In this document: positions 1-9,043 of the stretch, one piece after another
Position numbering within the stretch: the first letter of the stretch is position 1
Layout of the letters: every line of letters begins with the position of its first letter
Source of the DNA: a virus
Lineage: Duplodnaviria; Caudoviricetes
Direction: 5' to 3' (one strand)
Length of the DNA: 25,765 bases
Virus record (IMG/VR): IMGVR_UViG_3300020045_008627
Location: 1 to 25,765 of that record
The notes under the pieces: model-generated
The model's database searches: none
The model's input: only the letters and a program-made list of their open reading frames with translations
Told to the model about the DNA's origin: nothing
Made by a program: the position numbers and the translations under genes

Positions 1-141
1 TTGTGCGTAAAATTCAGCCCCTAGAATATCTTCTAAGTCCTCCTGTGCTAACTTCAGGACCATTTTAAACTTCTTCTCATCGATGTTCTGAGACAAGTAA
101 CAAGCCTCATTAAGATATGATAACGGGATTAGTAATTTCAT
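1..141 (-). CDS. Putative head-tail adaptor/connector protein, N-terminal part (runs off window start)
   Basis: Not in ORF track. ATG at 141 overlaps the portal stop (ATGA). Reads MKLLIPLSYLNEACYLSQNIDEKKFKMVLKLAQEDLEDILGAEFYAQ, open to base 1. The NID...AQ...ILG..FY pattern and position after the portal fit a head-completion protein. Confidence 0.6.
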   Translation of the reverse strand, partial: MKLLIPLSYLNEACYLSQNIDEKKFKMVLKLAQEDLEDILGAEFYAQ

Positions 142-1775
142 AACTCCACGGGGTTAGGGTTTAACCATGCTGTCTGTTGTTCTTCGTTCAATCCGTAACC
201 GGCTAGTAATTGTTTAGCCTGTTCCATAGTAAGCTGACCGGCATTGAATTTTTTCACGATGGAAAGAATGCGGTTTATTTCGCTCACCTTCATAGACTTT
301 AGATTTTCATCTACCGTGGGCGCTGTCGGTGCCGCAACTTGGTTTCCGTTCTCATCAATAGTAGCCGGTGCTGTGTTGACGGAGGCCGCGGGTGTCCTGA
401 TAATGGTAATATTAGGCTCGTTTTTCTGTATGAAGTCGATCTTTTCGGCTTCGTTCATGAACTCCCAAAACTTATCGTCTACCGTTACGGTCGTGGTCAC
501 AGGTGAATATTGCTGAATTTTCACCGTGGCCTTGGTTTTGGTTTCCAAGTTTGGAATAAGCACGTTGTTATAGAATTTTTCCAACTGTGCCCGCTTTGGT
601 GCCGTATTGGCCTGCATGAACTCTACCGCGTTTTTGAGAGCATCGCCTCCACTGGCAAGGCTTGAAAGCGAGTTTGGAAGGTTTGCTAGGATAGCCGGGA
701 CCTCTGTGCTTATCGCAATCATCCGGATAGTTTCAAGAAGGGCACCTGAAACAAGATCCGGACTTACGTTGGTAGGGAACGCCTCCAAAGAAACAGACTG
801 ATCTTTATTCAGGGACCAGAACGCCATGACCTTACCGGCTTTCTCTACCCCTGAAAAGTTATTTGACATCATATCATTGAACATTTGGCCTTCTGTTTTT
901 ACGCTTTCCTTGCGTTTTACGCCATCATCCCCGGTTACTTCCTTCATAGCATCGGGATGATTTGACGGCCTGTTGGGGTCTCCTATGACCTTCATTAAGA
1001 CACTTTCAAAGAATCCGTTATCTAACAGTTTTTCAATGTAGGTGGCAAATTTGGCATCCGAATAGATCCACTTTTTACCGGCCCAGAATTTAGGGAGCGG
1101 GTAGTGTTTGAAAAGGGTTCTTTTGGTTCCGAAGAAATACGCCTGCCCCTCAAATTTATCCCCGTAAATGGCAATATCCTGTTTTAGTTTTGCAGGGTCA
1201 AATAAAGGATAGGGCGTGGTATAGCGCCCGTTATACTCGCGCGTCCCAAAATAGGGGTTATATTTCAGGCATAATATTTTATTTGTGTCCGGTTCGGCTC
1301 CTAGTCTGCAGGAGTCCAACGCCATGTTATAGGCTGAAACGACCTTCCCACGCTGGTTGTATTTGAAATTAACTGCAAAACCGTCTAAGGCTGAATAATA
1401 TTGAACGATCGCGCAATGAAGGTCCCATAGGGTGTCCCCATCTGCATTGATTACTAACTCCATCAGGCCGGGGTCGCTGAATCCTGATCCTTTCGTGTAG
1501 GTTTCAATCTTGCCTATGCAACTTGTGGCCGTAGGGCTTTTTGCAATAGCGTCTAAAATATGGAGCGGTTCGGCATCGTCCAAACCCCAGATTAATGTCT
1601 TTTCGTCCGGCCTGATTTGGCCCTGAGTTACTATTTCTGTTTTGAGCGCCACGGGGTCCGTGTCCGCGCTGAGAGAGTATATCGTGGGGTGAGGTGAGGT
1701 GAACTCTACCGGAATTTTCGGACGGCCCACGGGTCTTTTATTGCCTTCCTTGTCTATGTCGAAAAGTTGTCCCAT
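138..1775 (-). CDS. Phage portal protein
   Basis: 545 aa. WGLDD..P / SPTATSCI..I..YTKGSGF N-terminal pattern, YPLP, FSGVEKAGK and I.....VPAILA segments resemble Bacteroidota phage portals. No other portal candidate in the structural module. Confidence 0.8.
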   Translation of the reverse strand: MGQLFDIDKEGNKRPVGRPKIPVEFTSPHPTIYSLSADTDPVALKTEIVTQGQIRPDEKTLIWGLDDAEPLHILDAIAKSPTATSCIGKIETYTKGSGFSDPGLMELVINADGDTLWDLHCAIVQYYSALDGFAVNFKYNQRGKVVSAYNMALDSCRLGAEPDTNKILCLKYNPYFGTREYNGRYTTPYPLFDPAKLKQDIAIYGDKFEGQAYFFGTKRTLFKHYPLPKFWAGKKWIYSDAKFATYIEKLLDNGFFESVLMKVIGDPNRPSNHPDAMKEVTGDDGVKRKESVKTEGQMFNDMMSNNFSGVEKAGKVMAFWSLNKDQSVSLEAFPTNVSPDLVSGALLETIRMIAISTEVPAILANLPNSLSSLASGGDALKNAVEFMQANTAPKRAQLEKFYNNVLIPNLETKTKATVKIQQYSPVTTTVTVDDKFWEFMNEAEKIDFIQKNEPNITIIRTPAASVNTAPATIDENGNQVAAPTAPTVDENLKSMKVSEINRILSIVKKFNAGQLTMEQAKQLLAGYGLNEEQQTAWLNPNPVEL

Positions 1776-1814
1776 TGGCCTAAATAATTTTAACGTGCTA
1801 ATTATTTAGACCAA
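1775..1814 (-). promoter_or_regulatory. Inverted repeat (15-bp arms, one G-U pair) covering the portal translation start
   Basis: + strand ttggcctaaataatt (1775-1789) and aattatttagaccaa (1800-1814), 10-nt loop. The 3' arm ends on the A of the portal ATG. Confidence 0.6.
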
Positions 1815-1858
1815 AATTAGATTTTAGGAGGGTTAGGAATTAGGATTAAAAATGTACC
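1812..1858 (-). promoter_or_regulatory. Putative late promoter of portal: TAATTTTG (-7 box) plus conserved 21-bp upstream box
   Basis: Minus strand GGTACATTTTTAATCCTAATT (1858-1838), 18-nt spacer, TAATTTTG (1819-1812). Same architecture as upstream of the capsid gene. Confidence 0.65.
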
Positions 1859-2083
1859 CTATAAAATATTTTTTGGCCAAAGATTTTCCGGGCATTCCTC
1901 GCCCTCGGAGCGGGCCTTTGCCGCCAACGGACACCCACATTTTTTACATACCCACCATGTATTGTGCTTACAGGTTTTACAAATTCGTAGCCTGTCCCTA
2001 CTCCATTCCGGTGTCTGCCAACTCAAAAGAGTAGCCCACCCTCGAACAATATTTCTGACTTTGCGATATGCTCTTTGAACCAT
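1859..2083 (-). CDS. Small Cys-rich (zinc-binding-like) protein, DUF6171-like
   Basis: RLRICKTC...CKKCGCPLAAKARSEGEECPENLW motif. The 5' end overlaps the upstream GT2 gene, so the start is uncertain. Confidence 0.6.
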   Translation of the reverse strand: MVQRAYRKVRNIVRGWATLLSWQTPEWSRDRLRICKTCKHNTWWVCKKCGCPLAAKARSEGEECPENLWPKNIL

Positions 2084-2754
2084 TGCCTTTTGCTTTCTGC
2101 TGAATACCCATACTCTTTACCTAATCCCCAACGCACGTTTACAGGCGATTTAAGCCGCCTTTCTTCATAAAGCTTATGACGGTCGATCATCCGTTGTGCC
2201 CCGCCTATGGCGTTGTAATGAAGCAGCATATAGGAAAACTGCGACCACTTCAATTCTCCTTTCGGATTGGCCTCATGGCAGCCATAGACGTAATTGATGT
2301 CCGTCACTTTCTTAGGGTCAAAGATTACTAATTTGGAGTATTTGTTGTCCTTAATCCCTGTGTTAATTTCTAAAAATGTTTCCCGTGGAACATCGTTTGA
2401 AAACATAGAATACCCCTGCGTGCGGAAAATAGTGGTCCCGCATTCTTTCTCAAGTTCTAAATATTCCTTTAACTCGAAATTAAATAGGATCTCGTCATCG
2501 TCCACGATTATAACATAGTCAGCGTCTGATTGCTTCCAGCAGTGATTTTTTACGTCTAAGTATGCCTGATCGCTTAATACACCCATCATCCCGAATAGCC
2601 TTACATCGGCCCCCAGGGCTGCGCAAATTCTACGGGTGTTATCATTGCTGAAATTGTCATGGATGACTACACGGCCCAACTGTAAGTAATAGCCGACCGT
2701 TAAATGAATAGTGTCCTCACGGTTCCAGGTTATTATGTGGGTTTCAATATTCAC
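2023..2754 (-). CDS. Glycosyltransferase family 2-like protein
   Basis: IITWNRE, HDNFSNDNT and ADYVIIVDDDE (DxD) motifs. Probable start is GTG at 2754 (GTGA overlap with upstream stop) rather than 2784. Confidence 0.8.
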   Translation of the reverse strand: MNIETHIITWNREDTIHLTVGYYLQLGRVVIHDNFSNDNTRRICAALGADVRLFGMMGVLSDQAYLDVKNHCWKQSDADYVIIVDDDEILFNFELKEYLELEKECGTTIFRTQGYSMFSNDVPRETFLEINTGIKDNKYSKLVIFDPKKVTDINYVYGCHEANPKGELKWSQFSYMLLHYNAIGGAQRMIDRHKLYEERRLKSPVNVRWGLGKEYGYSAESKRQWFKEHIAKSEILFEGGLLF

Positions 2755-3281
2755 GGCTTCACAAAGTAAAATGAAGCGTCCCAACCTTGCTCGGGAATAA
2801 TAGTATAGGTCACGCCTAACTCATTAGTAAACTCGTAAACAGCTTGCAGGACTCCGTACATTTTGTTATTTATATCATGCCCTGCCACAATCCCGCCTTT
2901 TTTTACCTTTGGAAACCACGCCTTCAAATCGTTTTTGACGCATCCATATTCATGACAGCAATCTATATAGACGCAATCCAAGGATTCGTCAGGGACGTTT
3001 ACAGCCATATCCCAACTGATTCCACGAAGGACTACGGATTTAGTCCCAAACTCTTTAAAAAGACTCATGGCATTTTCATAATTCTTTTGATGCCAGTCGT
3101 TTTCAAATCCACCGTCCCCAGTTTGGCCTGAAATTTTACCCCAATTATCAACGGAGTATAATTTTGAGGCCTTCCAATATTTTAAAATATCCCGATCAAA
3201 AAGGCCCTCCGCACTTCCCACGGCTGCCACGACCGGATTTTCAGGTAAAAGTTTATAAAGTTCAGCTCTTGATTTCAGCAT
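2751..3281 (-). CDS. Class I SAM-dependent methyltransferase (Methyltransf_24-like)
   Basis: AVGSAEG (degenerate motif I), LYSVDNW, LDCVYIDCCHEY..VKNDL, PKVKKGGIVAGHD. Confidence 0.8.
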   Translation of the reverse strand: MLKSRAELYKLLPENPVVAAVGSAEGLFDRDILKYWKASKLYSVDNWGKISGQTGDGGFENDWHQKNYENAMSLFKEFGTKSVVLRGISWDMAVNVPDESLDCVYIDCCHEYGCVKNDLKAWFPKVKKGGIVAGHDINNKMYGVLQAVYEFTNELGVTYTIIPEQGWDASFYFVKP

Positions 3282-4702
3282 CTTTCTAGTATTAAAAGTC
3301 CGTTATTATTTTCTGCCCTGTAAACTTGCTTCCATTCAGGATGAGCGGCCATGAACGGCTCAATAGCATACCGCAACCCACCGCCCGACTCATGCCCCTG
3401 GCCCTTCTCCCAAAAACTGACCACGTCATGAAAGATCAAATATTTTCTAACCTTGTCAGCGTGCAAAGCTAATTCCTTAGAACACTGTTCTACATGATGG
3501 TCTGTGTCAATGAAAAGTAAATCCGTTTTTTCTATTTCCTGAGGATTCTCTATCCGGCATTCATAGTTTATTAGGTTGTCATCCGCAATCAATTGCAAAT
3601 ATTCTAACTTCTCATTATAACAAACGTCATAGGTTATAAACTTTTTAGGACGTGCCGCCATGAATGCTACAGTACTATTTCCGAAACGAGTACCTAATTC
3701 GGTAACGTGTTCACACATTAAAGCATATCCACGAAGTGTATTTAGATGTTCATTAATATCAGAAGGCCCACGGCAAACTAATTCATATTCATATTCAATA
3801 TCAATCTTATGCCTGTTGAATGTATAGTTCATGTAATCAAATCCATCATGGGTATACTTACCGGAACGATATATTTTTACATTCAGAACCTTTAATTCCA
3901 GTTGATGAAGTAGTAAAGAAAACTGTGTTTCAGGAGCAAATAGAAATTCATTTGATCCTTGTATAGTTTCAAGTCCCATCTTGTCGGTGATGAAACCCAT
4001 CCGGTCAAGATTCTTAAAAAGCTTTTCAGCGATCACACGTTTTGAAAACCAGCAATATTCATCAGTCCATTCAAACGCGTCTATCTTGTAGCTTCCACAT
4101 AAATAAAGATATGGATAATCCTGATTCAGGTAGTAATGTGAAAGTTTAAACACGAACGGACAAACGAAATCAATACGGGCGCGCATGACATAATCATAAG
4201 TGAATCCGTTGGCGTTCTCATATTGCTCCATGAGTTCGTAACACTTTTTAATATGATTGTACTGATCGATCACGCATTTTATATTTCCATTTTCAGGAGT
4301 TGTCACGGTGCCACCAAAAGGCTGAGGGCTGTTGGCCTCCCTGTAATCGTTTACCGTGTGCATCATTTCCAGCCTCTTGCTTTCAAGATGTGGTTCGTAT
4401 CCATGTAAATTATGGATGAACTGAAATGACTTTAACCGATCGCTAAAAACATAATTTATAAAATCAATATCTTCCTGACTGATAACGGTTTCAAATCTCT
4501 CTATCTCATTAGATTTTATATTCCACTCATGAAGATTATCAGCTAAAGGTATTGTACCACCGTTGGTCCTGCGCTTCATGTTGTATTCTGAAGTTAGAAT
4601 AAAAACATCCGCGTTATTTGGAATGACTAAATTTTCCATTAACGACTTGATCGAATAACGGAAATTATAAGCGGTTCCGGAAAATAATATTGCTGTTCTC
4701 AT
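3275..4702 (-). CDS. Two-domain protein: putative glycosyltransferase-like N-terminus fused to Methyltransf_24-like C-terminus
   Basis: N-terminus AILFSG...QYNHIKKCYELM..YE...GFTYDYVMRARID. C-terminus SDINEHL, HVTELGTRFGNST, DLLFIDTDH, KYLIFHD. Probable start ATG 4702 (ATGA overlap). Confidence 0.7.
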   Translation of the reverse strand: MRTAILFSGTAYNFRYSIKSLMENLVIPNNADVFILTSEYNMKRRTNGGTIPLADNLHEWNIKSNEIERFETVISQEDIDFINYVFSDRLKSFQFIHNLHGYEPHLESKRLEMMHTVNDYREANSPQPFGGTVTTPENGNIKCVIDQYNHIKKCYELMEQYENANGFTYDYVMRARIDFVCPFVFKLSHYYLNQDYPYLYLCGSYKIDAFEWTDEYCWFSKRVIAEKLFKNLDRMGFITDKMGLETIQGSNEFLFAPETQFSLLLHQLELKVLNVKIYRSGKYTHDGFDYMNYTFNRHKIDIEYEYELVCRGPSDINEHLNTLRGYALMCEHVTELGTRFGNSTVAFMAARPKKFITYDVCYNEKLEYLQLIADDNLINYECRIENPQEIEKTDLLFIDTDHHVEQCSKELALHADKVRKYLIFHDVVSFWEKGQGHESGGGLRYAIEPFMAAHPEWKQVYRAENNNGLLILERC

Positions 4703-5577
4703 CTTGCCTCGGCCCAATTGAAAGTCAACGGGTCAAAATATTCCATGCGTTCCTGATAAACATAAGCAGAGTTTTCACGGGTTCCATTGAGTTGTAAGAA
4801 CCCCGACCATTTAGTTATACCATTCCCGATGTCGCTCATGTTGTCCATTTGCTTAACGCATCCAGGCACAAATGAGTAGCAACGTAATTGTGGTTGCAGC
4901 AAAATGAAAAGCCAATCGATGCCGATAGATTTATGAATGTGCTGATCGAACAAATCAAGGATTTTCTGTATGCTGTTTTTATTTACGATGTAGGCGAATG
5001 TAGCGAATGCCCCGAACGTTTGAACCATGCGCGGGTCATCCGTTAGCTTTGCGTCATAGCCTAGGTTCGCGCTCGCATCGCTCCTGCTGTCCTGACTTCC
5101 ATTTCTACGGTGCCAGTATGGAGGGTTAACGTGGAAGGAAGCCCCCAACCAAATAACATCCCACTGCCTTTTTTCGAATGTCTGTGTTTCCATTTTTAGC
5201 TTCTCATCATAACCGTCCGTTATAGTTGTTTGATTAGCCCAGTTGTGGATATACTCGAATCTCTTATCGAAGTCCTCACAGAATACACAATCATCTTCGA
5301 ATACCACGGCATGCCTTTCAAGTGCTAATGCGTCTTTCATGACCTCAACCTGTGAGAAATGGCACCCGACCGCGCCCTGGGTCCTGCGCATCATAACGCC
5401 CACCTGATCTAATGTCGCTAGTCCTTTCTCTAAAACTTCGTGAGGCTTCATGCCGCGGGTGCGCGTCATGGGTAGGCTTATGCGTTTGGATTGCTCTGTG
5501 ATATGTGCTAACCGATCCGTCCTGTGATCCATGTTAACAAATGAACTATAATATAGATTAGTTATACGTGCATCCAT
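4699..5577 (-). CDS. Glycosyltransferase family 25-like protein
   Basis: VNMDHRTDRL, GAVGCHFSQ, VVFEDD, WDVIWLG, TFAYIV and IDW motifs are typical of GT25. Probable start ATG 5577. Confidence 0.8.
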   Translation of the reverse strand: MDARITNLYYSSFVNMDHRTDRLAHITEQSKRISLPMTRTRGMKPHEVLEKGLATLDQVGVMMRRTQGAVGCHFSQVEVMKDALALERHAVVFEDDCVFCEDFDKRFEYIHNWANQTTITDGYDEKLKMETQTFEKRQWDVIWLGASFHVNPPYWHRRNGSQDSRSDASANLGYDAKLTDDPRMVQTFGAFATFAYIVNKNSIQKILDLFDQHIHKSIGIDWLFILLQPQLRCYSFVPGCVKQMDNMSDIGNGITKWSGFLQLNGTRENSAYVYQERMEYFDPLTFNWAEAR

Positions 5578-6020
5578 GTCTTTCCTTTTACAATACAATA
5601 AATAGAATGAATAGATACGTTATAAAAATTTGCGATTTCAATATATTTTGCGCCACCATTTCTTAATTCTCTTATCCGCAAAATATCATCCTTTTTTAAT
5701 TTTGATTTATGCTGGTTTTCTCCTTTAGTGTTTCTTTTCTTTAAAACCATGTCTGACATGTTATCTTTAGGCGTTCCAAGAAACAAATGATCTGGATTCA
5801 CGCAGGACGGATTATCGCATGAATGACATACTAATAAACTTCGATCAAAATCGCCTTTATTTAAATAGTAAGAAATACGATGAGCCCTTGTCATGTGGGC
5901 CTCAGTAAAGGAAGTTATTCCATAACCTCTTCTATCAACACATCCAGACCATAACCAACAACCAGTATTAGGTTCTGGGAATGAACGACTATTAAATGAT
6001 TCTACTGTTGTTTTATCCAT
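5562..6020 (-). CDS. Free-standing HNH homing endonuclease with C-terminal HTH
   Basis: GCWLWSG...GYG...RAHRISY...VCHSCDNPSCVNPDHLFLGTPKDNMSD and C-terminal IANFYNVS..SI..I..GKTW. Visibly AT-rich relative to its neighbours. Confidence 0.9.
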   Translation of the reverse strand: MDKTTVESFNSRSFPEPNTGCWLWSGCVDRRGYGITSFTEAHMTRAHRISYYLNKGDFDRSLLVCHSCDNPSCVNPDHLFLGTPKDNMSDMVLKKRNTKGENQHKSKLKKDDILRIRELRNGGAKYIEIANFYNVSIHSIYCIVKGKTWMHV

Positions 6021-6024
6021 ATAA

Positions 6025-6032
6025 TAAAGATA
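6025..6032 (-). promoter_or_regulatory. Possible -7 box variant (TATCTTTA) for the HNH gene
   Basis: TAnnTTTA lies 4 nt upstream of the HNH ATG at 6020, the same spacing as at terS and the capsid gene. One mismatch to consensus in AT-rich DNA. Confidence 0.35.
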
Positions 6033-6038
6033 ATAAAT

Positions 6039-6689
6039 TTAGCGTACATATAAAGCGTCCCCCCAAACGCCTACCATCTTAGTTTCAACTCTTTTAAATC
6101 CAAATTGACCAACGTATTTATCAACCGCGTTAATATCACCGTTGCCCTCGTAGACTTCTCCAATATTTATTTCAAGATATAACCATTTAAAATATTTAAG
6201 ATAGTCACCCATCCCACGCAAGGCATGAAGTTCATAACCTTGGATATCAATATTCAGAAAGTCATATTGCTGGATTACAAATTCAGAAAGTAGCGAATCA
6301 ATGCGCCTCATAGTAATGTTAATGTCTTTTACATAGTGAACGTCCGGATGTTGTTTTTTATGAGTGCCTAGATTTAAAATAGAACTAGACTGCCCGCCAT
6401 TATTGGCCACATGTAAAACAACCGGCACCATATCTTCCTCCCCTATGGCATAATTAAAAGCGATAGCATGAGGATTGCCGTGCAAGGTTTCTTTAAGCTG
6501 AATAAATATTTCAGGGTTAGCTTCTATCCATATTTGCTTTGTCACGCCTAACTCAAGATATACTGGTGCCTCTTCGCCACGGTTGGCCCCGATATGTAAA
6601 ATCCCTTTTGGCCTTATGTTATAGCGTGACCATAGACCTTCCTGAGCGTTGCCTCTCCTGTCGCGTGTTGTGTTAAATGGTATTAGCAT
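6039..6689 (-). CDS. FkbM-family methyltransferase
   Basis: ILHIGANRGEE, IWIEANPE, NNGGQSSSIL, FLNIDIQGYELHALRG, WGDALY. Probable start ATG 6689. Confidence 0.88.
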   Translation of the reverse strand: MLIPFNTTRDRRGNAQEGLWSRYNIRPKGILHIGANRGEEAPVYLELGVTKQIWIEANPEIFIQLKETLHGNPHAIAFNYAIGEEDMVPVVLHVANNGGQSSSILNLGTHKKQHPDVHYVKDINITMRRIDSLLSEFVIQQYDFLNIDIQGYELHALRGMGDYLKYFKWLYLEINIGEVYEGNGDINAVDKYVGQFGFKRVETKMVGVWGDALYVR

Positions 6690-7300
6690 ATTGTTTCCCA
6701 ATCTGTGCGACCGGATTTTTTAAAGAACTCGTTTACTTCGTATGTCACGGGCGGAACAGTTAGCCCTTCGATAAGATCCTTTCTTACCATTATCAGGTTC
6801 ATATTAGCCACGTTAAAAATAATTGTATAGCCGTGTTTTTCTGCGAGCTTCTTCCCGGCTTCGAAGCTGAAACCATAGTAATCATCTCCAGCCCACACAT
6901 GATCGGGATTATATTTGATGGCACGTGAGTCGGTGAATGCCGGATTAAATTCTGCTATGACAATGTATGGACGGTAATAAGGCATTTGTTTATCTAATAT
7001 CCAATAATCATTTCCGTCTATATCCATACTGATTATGGTAGGATGCCATGCTTCCCACGATAAACAATTGTTAGCAGTAATCTTGTACCCATTTTCAAGA
7101 TCAAATACTTGGACATTAAATCCTATATTTTTTAGATGCCTGCTATTGCTTAAATAAAATCCGTCACTTCCACCAATATCAAACATTGTTCTGTGATAGA
7201 TTTTCAGACATTCATGGATATATTCTAAATAATATGATTCGCCATTTTGACTATACAGATCGCATCCTTTTAAATCATACATCCGTTCTATCCAGTTCAT
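6683..7300 (-). CDS. FkbM-like (Methyltransf_21/22-type) putative methyltransferase
   Basis: YSQNGE, FDIGGSDG...SNSR, ISMDIDGNDYWI, IVIAEFN, GY......N motifs. Confidence 0.7.
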   Translation of the reverse strand: MNWIERMYDLKGCDLYSQNGESYYLEYIHECLKIYHRTMFDIGGSDGFYLSNSRHLKNIGFNVQVFDLENGYKITANNCLSWEAWHPTIISMDIDGNDYWILDKQMPYYRPYIVIAEFNPAFTDSRAIKYNPDHVWAGDDYYGFSFEAGKKLAEKHGYTIIFNVANMNLIMVRKDLIEGLTVPPVTYEVNEFFKKSGRTDWETIC

Positions 7301-7971
7301 TCCATGTAAGTTTTAAGCGCCCTGTAAGAATCTCTAACGCTTTGTTTTAGTCTGTCCTCATCGGTAGGGAATCGTTCTGTGTAGTTATCATACCACTCTG
7401 TCCGGTGGGCGTCATCCATAGCCAACGGAAAACAGATTATGTAATCATCGACAACGGAAACAACGTGACCGGGAAAACATTGGCGTAACTTCTCAAACAC
7501 AAACTGAAAGCGCGGCCACTTGGAAGGGTTACACGGCCACGGAGGACGGCCATAGAATAACCGCGCATCGTCAATCATTATTAAAGCTCTGGTTCCGCAA
7601 TGTGCAATGGCCTCAATTTCTTCCAAGATAGGGCATTCAATAACGCCATGAGGAGCCTCATAAGGTTCACTCCAATGAGCATCGAGCCAAAAGAAAATAT
7701 TATCATGTGGATACCACCGTGTTATTTCTCCTATCTGTAAAGATGAATCGCCTTCATGTAGTTCTACGTTTTCAGGAAAGATCCCGTCCGGTCTACCCCC
7801 TACTATTTCTATGGTATGACATTTACGAAACAAGGGAGCAGCGGCCCGGACCGACTCACCCCCCGCGGTGCCGGTTTCTATGAAGATAGGGATTGAATAT
7901 TTTTCCGTAAACCTTTTTATGTACTTTACAGGAAGGCCGCCTGTGTTTACTCCGAAGTGCTTAAATCCCAT
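7297..7971 (-). CDS. Putative class I SAM-methyltransferase-like protein of glycan clusters
   Basis: FIETGTAGGES, HTIEI, LHEGDS, FFWLDAHWS, CPILEEI, IMIDDARLF. Confidence 0.6.
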   Translation of the reverse strand: MGFKHFGVNTGGLPVKYIKRFTEKYSIPIFIETGTAGGESVRAAAPLFRKCHTIEIVGGRPDGIFPENVELHEGDSSLQIGEITRWYPHDNIFFWLDAHWSEPYEAPHGVIECPILEEIEAIAHCGTRALIMIDDARLFYGRPPWPCNPSKWPRFQFVFEKLRQCFPGHVVSVVDDYIICFPLAMDDAHRTEWYDNYTERFPTDEDRLKQSVRDSYRALKTYME

Positions 7972-9043
7972 ATTGCGATTTTATCCATTCAAATGTCTTT
8001 TCCATACCTTGCCTTAACGTGTATTTTGGCTTCCATCCTAACACCTTTTCGATAAGTTCGTTATTAGAATTACGTCCCATTACTCCGGTAGGGCCTGTAA
8101 TATTTTTAATCTTTATATCCTTGCCTGAAATATCAATCGCCATCTGAGCAAGTCCGTTGATGGTAATCATTTCCTCGCTACCTATATTAATAGGTTCTTT
8201 GAAATCTGATTGCATCAATAAGCGGACCGCATCAATGCAATCATCAATGTAAAGGAATGAGCGTGTTTGTTGTCCGGTGCCCCATACTTCTATTTCAGCA
8301 GATGGTGGATAAGTATATGAACTCATTTCAAATTTATAATTGTCATGAGTTTTCTCGATCACCTTCCTACACATCGCTGCTGGTGCTTTTTCCCTGCCTC
8401 CCTGATACGTTCCTTCCGGCCCATAGATGTTATGAAAGCGAGCGATACGTACATTCAATCCGTAGTTACGCGCATACGCCAAAAATAATCGCTCGCTAAA
8501 AAGCTTCTCCCATCCATAGCAACTATCTGGATCTGCCGGAATAGCATCCGTTTCTTTTAATCCTTCATTATGATAATCGCTTTGTAAAAATTCAGGATAG
8601 ACACATGCAGACGAAGAGTAAAATACTTTTGTTTCAGTGCCTTTTAAAAGGACGGAAACATTTAAATTAATGATAGCTGAGTTATGCATAATATCAGCGT
8701 CATGCTCACCCGTGAAAATAAATCCGGCCCCGCCCATATCTGCCGCCAGTTGATAGACTTCATCAAATGGTTTTTGCCTTACAAATTCCCTTCGTAAATA
8801 AGTAAACGGTATAGGCATTGAAAATTCATCGTCTGAAATTACATTCAATGTCATTACCGCCTCCACGTTTCGCGGGTCACGTAAATCATAGATAAGCATT
8901 TCGTCTGCTTCTGATTTACCATATTCAGGATGTTTTAAATCAACGCCTCTCACCCAATAGCCTTCTGATTTTAACCGCTTAACCATGTGAGAACCTATGA
9001 ACCCACCGGATCCTAGAACGAGGGCCGTTTTCTGTCTTTCCAT
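7961..9043 (-). CDS. NAD-dependent epimerase, GDP-mannose 3',5'-epimerase-like (extended SDR)
   Basis: GSGGFIGSH, YQLAADMGGAGF, YSSSACVYP, YGWEK, RFHNIYGPEGTYQGGREKAPAAMCRKV, WGTGQQTRSFLYIDDC. These match the characteristic GME segments, including the catalytic Cys, Tyr and Lys positions. Confidence 0.88.
   Translation of the reverse strand: MERQKTALVLGSGGFIGSHMVKRLKSEGYWVRGVDLKHPEYGKSEADEMLIYDLRDPRNVEAVMTLNVISDDEFSMPIPFTYLRREFVRQKPFDEVYQLAADMGGAGFIFTGEHDADIMHNSAIINLNVSVLLKGTETKVFYSSSACVYPEFLQSDYHNEGLKETDAIPADPDSCYGWEKLFSERLFLAYARNYGLNVRIARFHNIYGPEGTYQGGREKAPAAMCRKVIEKTHDNYKFEMSSYTYPPSAEIEVWGTGQQTRSFLYIDDCIDAVRLLMQSDFKEPINIGSEEMITINGLAQMAIDISGKDIKIKNITGPTGVMGRNSNNELIEKVLGWKPKYTLRQGMEKTFEWIKSQYGI

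Noticed and set aside
1823-1846. Three TTAGGA copies upstream of the portal
   Set aside because: Short and irregularly spaced. One copy is part of the 21-bp box, and the others are not reproduced at the capsid promoter.
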